DNA of 64,000 nucleotides from a virus, in IMG/VR virus record IMGVR_UViG_3300033148_006102, positions 64,001-128,000 of that record; one strand, given 5' to 3'. Numbering within the stretch: position 1 is the stretch's first letter; each line of letters opens with the position of its first letter. A program made the position numbers and the translations under genes. The notes under the pieces are model-generated. The model was not told the DNA's origin. It searched no databases and was given only the letters and a program-made list of their open reading frames with translations. Shown here in pieces: positions 17,038-22,777 of this stretch.

Positions 17038-17177
17038 GGGGCGAATGCGGACGGGATTACATTGATTCATAATCCGTTGGTCGGAGGTTCGAATCCTTCC
17101 CTCGCCACCACTATGGCGAGGTAGCTCAGTCTGGTAGAGCAGCGTATATGTCAAATCTCGTCGATTCTCGTCGCCCC
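17038..17177 (+). ncRNA. yrlA: YrlA-like Y RNA with permuted tRNA module
   Basis: GGGGCGA/TCGCCCC closing stem; T-arm, acceptor 3' strand with ACCA, acceptor 5' strand, D-arm in permuted order; directly after rsr. Confidence 0.85.
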
Positions 17178-17196
17178 ATCCTTTTCCTTCTTATTT

Positions 17197-17273
17197 GGGT
17201 GAATGCCGGTATGGGAGTACATTTCTGCGTGTAATGCTGAACCATGACCACTCTCTACCATCTTTCGTCACCC
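17197..17273 (+). ncRNA. Short Y-RNA-like RNA 2
   Basis: GGGTGA/TCACCC stem; shared GAATGC..TACATT and TCGTC motifs. Confidence 0.75.
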
Positions 17274-17285
17274 ACCCTTTTGAAA

Positions 17286-17353
17286 TGGCCGAATGCCGAT
17301 TGGACTACATTGTATCCATCACAAACAACGTCTAATCATAAGCTCGTCGGCCA
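17286..17353 (+). ncRNA. Short Y-RNA-like RNA 3
   Basis: TGGCCGA/TCGGCCA stem; GAATGC..TACATT; inner GATTGGAC/GTCTAATC stem. Confidence 0.75.
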
Positions 17354-17362
17354 TTTTCTTTT

Positions 17363-17759
17363 GGGGGTGAGTAGGATCGACTGGTCGTTACTGACTGGAA
17401 GAAGCGTGTCGCAGTTGACCAACACCTGCGTTATCAAGATGGTCGCAAACCCAGATGGCAACATCCATCACATGAGCGATTACGCTCGTCCGCAGCTTCA
17501 GGCTGCATAAAGGACAGCTCCGACCAGGTAGCTACCACACCTGGCTGCGGGATACCAACCCAAGGTGAGAAACCAAACAGAGTTAGGTCGGTGAACATGC
17601 CGCAGAGGGGATTCACCATCGAAGTTACGGCGGATAAGGCGTGACCGGGCTGTCGTCGGCTCAGAGGATCGCTCGAAAACATAGATGACGACTACACACG
17701 TAGAAGTGCCGGAATGATCGATACAGCACACGGGGTGCGACTCCCCGTCACCTCCACCA
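17363..17759 (+). ncRNA. ssrA: tmRNA; tag (A)ANPDGNIHHMSDYARPQLQAA
   Basis: GGGGGTG/CACCTCC-A-CCA with G3:U70, GGATCGAC 5' motif, PK1-like pairings, tag ORF 17445-17510 ending AA. Confidence 0.93.
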
Positions 17760-17765
17760 GATTTT

Positions 17766-17873
17766 GCCGTCGAATGCGGTGATAATTATTACCCCGCACT
17801 GAAAACTATTTCGGGAATTTGGCTACCGGAAATAGGCAGTAGGAAGCCGAATAGCCTACGGGGAATCGGCGGC
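17766..17873 (+). ncRNA. Y-RNA-like RNA 4
   Basis: GCCGTCGA/TCGGCGGC stem with the CGAATGCGG motif; internal hairpins. Confidence 0.55.
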
Positions 17874-17907
17874 CCATATTGAGAGCGCACGGGGGTTCCG
17901 TGCACGC

Positions 17908-17956
17908 GCCGCGCAACGTTCATGCTCATGTCCGTTGCGCGGCTGCTTTCTTTTTT
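17908..17956 (+). terminator. Intrinsic terminator closing the Ro-Y-ssrA unit
   Basis: GCCGCGCAACG/CGTTGCGCGGC 11-bp stem followed by TGCTTTCTTTTTT. Confidence 0.8.
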
Positions 17957-17966
17957 ACGAAGAGGG

Positions 17967-17994
17967 TTGACATCCGATTTATCGAATGTACCTT
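17967..17994 (+). promoter_or_regulatory. Sigma70-like promoter
   Basis: TTGACA-16-TACCTT right after the terminator. Confidence 0.65.
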
Positions 17995-18144
17995 GAGATG
18001 TTCGCGGAGCTTAGCAGGCTTGCACTGCGATTTCGGTTTCTCTGTTCCGACCTGGCACGCTATGCGTGATTAAAAACAGAGTGGTGGACTGGGACAGTGG
18101 ATGGAGGACACCAAATCCGCCGGAAGCCTGTCACGCCCTCGTCT

Positions 18145-18176
18145 TGATCCGGGACGCTAACTTGGATCAGCTTTTT
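18145..18176 (+). terminator. Terminator-like hairpin ending a structured leader
   Basis: TGATCCGGG/CTTGGATCA followed by GCTTTTT. Confidence 0.55.
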
Positions 18177-18184
18177 GAATTTGT

Positions 18185-18262
18185 TGCGGGGTGGAGCAGT
18201 CTAGTCAGCTCGCAAGGCTCATAACCTTGAGGTCGTCAGTTCAAATCCTTCCCCCGCCACCA
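18185..18262 (+). tRNA. Initiator-like tRNA-Met(CAT) with degenerate T-stem
   Basis: TGCGGGG/CCCCGCC-A-CCA with 1:72 mismatch, fMet-type D-arm; T-stem GTCAG/CCTTC has 3 mismatches. Confidence 0.7.
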
Positions 18263-18275
18263 ATTTGGAGAAAAG

Positions 18276-18341
18276 ATGAAGACGTTACTGAGTTACTCGT
18301 CCTTGTATCTGTGCCTCTCAGGCGCGGAGGTTGGCGTGTAA
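18276..18341 (+). CDS. Putative attenuator leader peptide MKTLLSYSSLYLCLSGAEVGV
   Basis: GGAG SD; 21 codons followed by a terminator. Confidence 0.55.
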   Translation: MKTLLSYSSLYLCLSGAEVGV

Positions 18342-18366
18342 CTGGATCTTCATCACCTACCGGTCC

Positions 18367-18401
18367 CAGAAACCCGCCAGCACAACCTGGCGGGTTTTCT
18401 G
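18367..18401 (+). terminator. Intrinsic terminator
   Basis: CAGAAACCCGCCAG/CTGGCGGGTTTTCTG. Confidence 0.8.
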
Positions 18402-18433
18402 TTGAGCTCTTTGACATTTGTGACGGAACTAAT

Positions 18434-18523
18434 GGTCGGTGTTCCCCATGGCGGTCTGTAAAACCGTTGTCGTTAAATATTTGGGGTAGTAGACGAATGG
18501 TCCAATTCCATTACCGACCACCA
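18434..18523 (+). tRNA. tRNA-Tyr(GTA), no D-stem, long variable region
   Basis: GGTCGGT/ACCGACC-A-CCA; loop CT-GTA-AA; T-arm AATGG-TCCAATT-CCATT. Confidence 0.78.
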
Positions 18524-18540
18524 TTTCTTGAAAGGAAAAC

Positions 18541-19029
18541 ATGGGAAGAGAAGTACGAATGGTTCCACCCAACTGGAAGCATCCAATAGGCGATCGTGGA
18601 TACCTACAACCAATGCACGATGAGAACTTCGAAGAAGCACTTGCGGAGTGGAAGAACGGTCAGGCTGCATGGGAAGCTGGCACGCACGAAGATTTCGCAG
18701 AATATGGTGAAGACACCTCCTGGGAAGATTGGGCCGGCGAAGAGCCAGAGCCTGAATACTATCGGCCATGGAAAGCCGAAGAAGCCACGTGGTATCAGCT
18801 CTGGGAGACGGTTAGCGAAGGTACGCCGGTAACACCACCTTTTGCAACAAAGGAAGAGCTCGCGGACTACCTAGTCAATGTCGGCGAAGACTTCGGCCGG
18901 CGACAGACATGGCCGCGCGAGGCCGCTGATAACATGATGCGAGAAGAATGGGCGCCTTCGTTCATTGCTCGAGACGGCGTGATAATGGAGCCTAAGGATC
19001 CTGCTTTCTTTTCGGGAATGAAGAAATAA
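18541..19029 (+). CDS. Hypothetical protein
   Basis: GAAAGGA SD; 162 aa, Trp/acidic-rich. Confidence 0.75.
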   Translation: MGREVRMVPPNWKHPIGDRGYLQPMHDENFEEALAEWKNGQAAWEAGTHEDFAEYGEDTSWEDWAGEEPEPEYYRPWKAEEATWYQLWETVSEGTPVTPPFATKEELADYLVNVGEDFGRRQTWPREAADNMMREEWAPSFIARDGVIMEPKDPAFFSGMKK

Positions 19030-19032
19030 TAA

Positions 19033-19109
19033 GCCTCCGTAGGCGAATTGGGATAGCCGCTTGACTTAGGATCAAGTGTTTGTGAGTTCGACTTTCACCG
19101 GAGGTACCA
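19033..19109 (+). tRNA. tRNA-Leu(TAG), short variable loop
   Basis: GCCTCCG/CGGAGGT-A-CCA; loop CT-TAG-GA. Confidence 0.88.
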
Positions 19110-19114
19110 ATATT

Positions 19115-19236
19115 GAAGAGTACGGCGACGCAGCGAACTGCGGACGGGGTAGGCGGGTTGCTAGCACTTGGCCTGCACGGGCGGAATAAATCGAAAGACG
19201 CCGTGAGCAGAGGTAATTGAACTGCCCGTACTCTTC
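19115..19236 (+). ncRNA. Unknown multi-hairpin structured RNA
   Basis: 11-bp closing stem GAAGAGTACGG/CCGTACTCTTC and four internal hairpins; flanked by tRNAs. Confidence 0.6.
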
Positions 19237-19244
19237 TTCATTTT

Positions 19245-19321
19245 GGCAGCGTAGGCGAATTGGGATAGCCGCCGTACTCAAAATGCGGTGTTTGTGGGTT
19301 CGACTCCCACCGCTGCTACCA
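19245..19321 (+). tRNA. tRNA-Leu(CAA), short variable loop
   Basis: GGCAGCG/CGCTGCT-A-CCA; loop CT-CAA-AA. Confidence 0.88.
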
Positions 19322-19330
19322 CATTCAACT

Positions 19331-19413
19331 GGCTGGATGGCGGAACTGGTAGACGCGCACGGTTGAGGGCCGTGTTCCCAGGAGTGAGGGTTCGAATCCC
19401 TCTCCAGCCACCA
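19331..19413 (+). tRNA. tRNA-Leu(GAG)
   Basis: GGCTGGA/TCCAGCC-A-CCA; loop TT-GAG-GG; longer variable region. Confidence 0.88.
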
Positions 19414-19423
19414 GTTTGACGGA

Positions 19424-19500
19424 GCCTCCGTAGCCCAACTGGGAGAGGCACTTGGTTTAAGCCCAAGTCAGTGTCGGTTCGAATCCGACCGGAGGTACCA
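19424..19500 (+). tRNA. tRNA-Leu(TAA), short variable loop
   Basis: GCCTCCG/CGGAGGT-A-CCA; loop TT-TAA-GC. Confidence 0.85.
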
Positions 19501-19501
19501 A

Positions 19502-19589
19502 GGAGGTATGGCTGAGTGGAAAAGCTCCCGGTTGCTAACCGGTGGACAGGGTAACACCTGCGCAGGTTCGAATCCTGCTACCTCCGCCA
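19502..19589 (+). tRNA. tRNA-Ser(GCT)
   Basis: GGAGGTA/TACCTCC-G-CCA; long V-arm; loop TT-GCT-AA. Confidence 0.9.
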
Positions 19590-19608
19590 ATTTTCTTAAA
19601 GGAGAAAA

Positions 19609-19980
19609 GTGAAACGATATAAGCTGAACCTATCAACAAGATTAGTCGGCACGCTAAATATAGAAGCCGAATCAAAAGAAGAGGCCCTGGAAAAGGCAAA
19701 CGTACGAAGTGATAACAGTAATATCGAATGGTTGAATCACGACCAGGCAGCTGAGATCACCGGTGTTGACTGTCTGGGCGAGGCCACCATCCGCGAATAC
19801 ACCTTCACGGTTAAGCGACAGCTTCAAGGTCAATGTGAAGTAGAGGCGGCTAATGAAGACGAGGCCCGCCGAAAGCTCGACAGTATCATGGAGCATAGTG
19901 ATGGTGACATCGAATGGGATGATGATGGCTATGACATCGAAGATGTTGAAATTGAGGAATGGGAAGCTGACGAGGAGTAA
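19609..19980 (+). CDS. Acidic protein with an internally duplicated domain
   Basis: AAAGGAG SD; two copies of (R/K)Y....V/IEAxxxEEA....IEW. Confidence 0.7.
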   Translation: MKRYKLNLSTRLVGTLNIEAESKEEALEKANVRSDNSNIEWLNHDQAAEITGVDCLGEATIREYTFTVKRQLQGQCEVEAANEDEARRKLDSIMEHSDGDIEWDDDGYDIEDVEIEEWEADEE

Positions 19981-19981
19981 A

Positions 19982-20479
19982 ATGTCGGCAAAATGTAAAA
20001 CACCAAACAAAATAGATCTCAAGAAGCTCGATCTTTATCGAGTCAAATTTGAATGGAATGGTGAGACAGTTTACGGTCTTGTCGATTTGTACGATAGAGA
20101 CTCTGATGAATACGCCGAACGTGGCTTAGTACTTGTGGATCATTGTGTGCTGAGGACACGATATGCGCTACCGCCAAGTAAACTGACACCAATGAAATGT
20201 TCTTTTGAACCTGATGATGAATTTGACCAATATGTTGAGCAGCAGGCCAAAGAGGCGCAAGAGCTCCATAAATCGCTGCCGAAGGACAAGCTCTGTGTTG
20301 GCCATATGTTTTCAATCGGTGTGGGCGATGGTTATGCGTCTTATGTGGTAACAAAGGTATTCAAGAAGAATTGCGATATTGAATGGCGCGGCTTCTGTGT
20401 GGATCGTTGGACGGACCATCACTTCGGATGGGGCGGCCGCTTCCCGATCGATGAGATCATGCGGTACGTGGGACCATAG
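19982..20479 (+). CDS. Hypothetical protein
   Basis: ATG right after the previous stop, within ORF-track 19853-20479. Confidence 0.7.
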   Translation: MSAKCKTPNKIDLKKLDLYRVKFEWNGETVYGLVDLYDRDSDEYAERGLVLVDHCVLRTRYALPPSKLTPMKCSFEPDDEFDQYVEQQAKEAQELHKSLPKDKLCVGHMFSIGVGDGYASYVVTKVFKKNCDIEWRGFCVDRWTDHHFGWGGRFPIDEIMRYVGP

Positions 20480-20481
20480 CT

Positions 20482-20703
20482 TTGACGATGTACATACGCG
20501 AGTCCGCGGATGAATATAGGCCGATCTCAGATGAGGAATTCGATGAGATCAACCGCAAGTGTGATACTGTTTCAGGTGATGCAATTTGTGAAGTATGTGG
20601 AAAACCATATCGTGATCACCCTACGTTGAAGATATACCAGGATCGACACACAGCGTGGTGGTTTCCGAAGATCCTTTGCAACGGGCGCTATGGTCATACG
20701 TAG
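20482..20703 (+). CDS. Small Cys-containing protein
   Basis: CEVCGKPY..H..C; last base of the stop is +1 of tRNA-Ser(TGA). Confidence 0.6.
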   Translation: MTMYIRESADEYRPISDEEFDEINRKCDTVSGDAICEVCGKPYRDHPTLKIYQDRHTAWWFPKILCNGRYGHT

Positions 20704-20789
20704 GAGGGTACCGCTGAAGTGGTCGGCAACCGGTCTTGAAAATCGGGGTGGTGTAACAGCCAGGGGTTCGAACCCTCTACCCTCCGCCA
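20703..20789 (+). tRNA. tRNA-Ser(TGA)
   Basis: GGAGGGT/ACCCTCC-G-CCA; long V-arm; loop CT-TGA-AA. Confidence 0.9.
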
Positions 20790-20794
20790 AATTA

Positions 20795-20833
20795 CTACGC
20801 CCTCGGTGGCTAAATAGACCTCCGAGGGCGTAG
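20795..20833. repeat. 12-bp perfect inverted repeat
   Basis: CTACGCCCTCGG/CCGAGGGCGTAG with loop TGGCTAAATAGACCT. Confidence 0.7.
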
Positions 20834-20896
20834 CGAAAAGGCTCGACGCATTCTGGGAAGGTTTTTCAGATCTGTCAATTGCAATCTTTTGTACGG

Positions 20897-20969
20897 GGCC
20901 GCGATCCGCTGGGAGTGGGGTGCGTCTGCAAAACGCACAGATCAGGTTCGACTCCTGACGCGGCCTCCA
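20897..20969 (+). tRNA. tRNA-Cys(GCA), short D-loop type
   Basis: GGCCGCG/CGCGGCC-T-CCA; D-arm CCGCT-GGG-AGTGG; loop CT-GCA-AA. Confidence 0.85.
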
Positions 20970-21047
20970 TAATTTTTTACCTGCCTCCGCGTTTGTGGAG
21001 GCAGCTGTCGTTGCTGGTTATACTGATAAAGAGAGGCTGTCTAATTT

Positions 21048-21066
21048 GGGACTATCGCATAGTCCC
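21048..21066. promoter_or_regulatory. 19-bp palindromic operator/promoter motif
   Basis: GGGACTAT-CGC-ATAGTCCC perfect palindrome. Confidence 0.7.
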
Positions 21067-21089
21067 AGGTCGGTTCGTGGAGCTAGCTC

Positions 21090-22595
21090 ATGACCATTCC
21101 CGCCAGACAACGAGATACGGTTTCACGTGAAAACCGGCTTGTAGATTTGCTCCAAAAGTACATCGCTACTCTGTCAACTTCAGACCAGACACTGGCGCGC
21201 GCAGATCTAGCGTCAATGGGTATTGAGATTGACAATTATGCTAAGGCCGGTGCGGCTTCTTTGGAAGCGTTGCGCAGTGGGCTTGGCTACGTCCAATCGC
21301 AATATGGTGCCGGGGAAGGCGAGTATGTCCCGCAGGTCAAATTGACCATTGAGTCATTTGTCGCGGATTTTGCTGCAGCCTTAGCGGAGCTGAACACTGC
21401 TATTGAGGAAGCACGGGCGATCAATCAATTTTCGATCGAGCTCATCCTGGAGCGTACAGATCCTTCAACCAGCACATGGTTCTATATGAAAGAAGCTGTA
21501 GCGGGTGATACGACGCTGAGCTTAGCTGGTTTTGAGAATGTGTTCATTTCATCCTACGACACGTTACGTGTTGCGTGCATGGAAATGAAGCTACATTTGA
21601 GCAAGAATATCCGACGACTCGTTATCACGGATGCCTATGTGGGCGCGTACGAGATTGAGCCGGTCGAAGATGATGGGACTGTATCAACCTGGGCGTATCC
21701 ACTAACGTTGGATCTCATAGGTGGTGCGCTATACGAGCGAGGCACAGCAGCGCCATTTACAGCCACACGTCTTCCGGTTGGTGCAGTTTATTCCCGGCGT
21801 GCACAGCTGTTTGCGCCGTTGTTAGGCTATCCGTTGGAATCTAGCGCGTTAACGTACAACACGCTTTATATGTTCGATGAGCTGAGTTGGGTTCTTGGAT
21901 CCACTCCGCAGAATGGACTCATCAAGCTTTTAGATGGCTATGATACAGAAGTAACTATTCGTCGGCCGTACATGCAAGGTAGCAGTGCAAACGCGGCGTT
22001 ATTTACGGTGGCACCAGGCGAAATTGGCTTCTTCCGGATGCTGTACGTGTACGACCACATATATCCACGAGGTGGTTTGCGGCCGCGCTATGTGCTGTTC
22101 GCCAGCGTAGATGGCGCTACGTACAACATTAATGAGGCGTTGTTTGCCGATACGCCAGACGTTTATAATCGTTCACTTGATGATCAGGTAAACGGTTGGT
22201 TCCCGCTTGATTCTACGAAGGCACCGCTAGCACATTATGGCCGTTGCACCTTGCGGAATATCGCGATCCAGACAGCAGATTGGAGTTACCTAAATGATTC
22301 GATCTATGTGGATGTGACAGAGTCGTTTGTGTTGGATAACGTGCGTCTTCATAAAGACGGGGATACTAATCCCATGTTCTCGATGCACAGCGATTGTACA
22401 GTGCATTTGACGAACTGCCATTTTGACGGCGCTATGGCATGGCCTATCATCGAAGAGAATGGTGGTACACCAACAGTAAATGTATTGGTTAATTCAAGCT
22501 TTATGGGAACTGGTTTCACCGAGTGGCTGAAGGGCCAAGGTGTGACAGCGAATGGCGCTGTCGGTCGTAACATTGAAAACGGGGCAGTAGTCTAA
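21090..22595 (+). CDS. Hypothetical virion-associated protein, beta-helix-like C-terminus
   Basis: 501 aa; first gene after the tRNA island. Confidence 0.6.
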   Translation: MTIPARQRDTVSRENRLVDLLQKYIATLSTSDQTLARADLASMGIEIDNYAKAGAASLEALRSGLGYVQSQYGAGEGEYVPQVKLTIESFVADFAAALAELNTAIEEARAINQFSIELILERTDPSTSTWFYMKEAVAGDTTLSLAGFENVFISSYDTLRVACMEMKLHLSKNIRRLVITDAYVGAYEIEPVEDDGTVSTWAYPLTLDLIGGALYERGTAAPFTATRLPVGAVYSRRAQLFAPLLGYPLESSALTYNTLYMFDELSWVLGSTPQNGLIKLLDGYDTEVTIRRPYMQGSSANAALFTVAPGEIGFFRMLYVYDHIYPRGGLRPRYVLFASVDGATYNINEALFADTPDVYNRSLDDQVNGWFPLDSTKAPLAHYGRCTLRNIAIQTADWSYLNDSIYVDVTESFVLDNVRLHKDGDTNPMFSMHSDCTVHLTNCHFDGAMAWPIIEENGGTPTVNVLVNSSFMGTGFTEWLKGQGVTANGAVGRNIENGAVV

Positions 22596-22777
22596 TGTTT
22601 GTAGAAAATCTGGAAGCAATCAACGCGACCACGGTTAGAGCTACGTTTGATGATGCTTCAACCGTCGATGTCACCGTATCATATGCAAATCGCCAATTTA
22701 CTGTATCATCAGAGGGACTCACTGCTCCGCAGGAAGCTGCAATCAGAGCGTGGGTAGATGAATTCGGACCGCCGTAA
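22595..22777 (+). CDS. Small hypothetical protein
   Basis: TAATG coupling on both sides. Confidence 0.65.
   Translation: MFVENLEAINATTVRATFDDASTVDVTVSYANRQFTVSSEGLTAPQEAAIRAWVDEFGPP

Noticed and set aside
17062-17110. Independent tRNA-Met(CAT) pseudogene
   Set aside because: Its 5' half lies downstream in permuted order inside the Y-RNA stem, so it is part of the YrlA-like RNA.
17244-17510. 88-aa protein-coding gene
   Set aside because: Overlaps Y RNAs and tmRNA; only its last 21 codons are meaningful as the tmRNA tag.
17879-18073. 64-aa His-rich leader/CDS
   Set aside because: Runs through a terminator and the next promoter, has no SD, and is better explained as chance.
19148-19175. Amber suppressor or pyrrolysine tRNA (CTA in loop TGCTAGC)
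   Set aside because: No U33, no TTCGA T-loop, 11-bp acceptor, no CCA; genes read intact in code 11.
19115-19236. 5S rRNA or SRP RNA
   Set aside because: Length and short words (ACGCCGT, GAACTGCC, AGCAG) are reminiscent, but spacing and helix order do not fit either family.
19040-19275. Repeated 21-mer TAGGCGAATTGGGATAGCCGC as a CRISPR repeat
   Set aside because: Two copies only, both D-regions of tRNA-Leu paralogues; no spacer array or cas genes seen.
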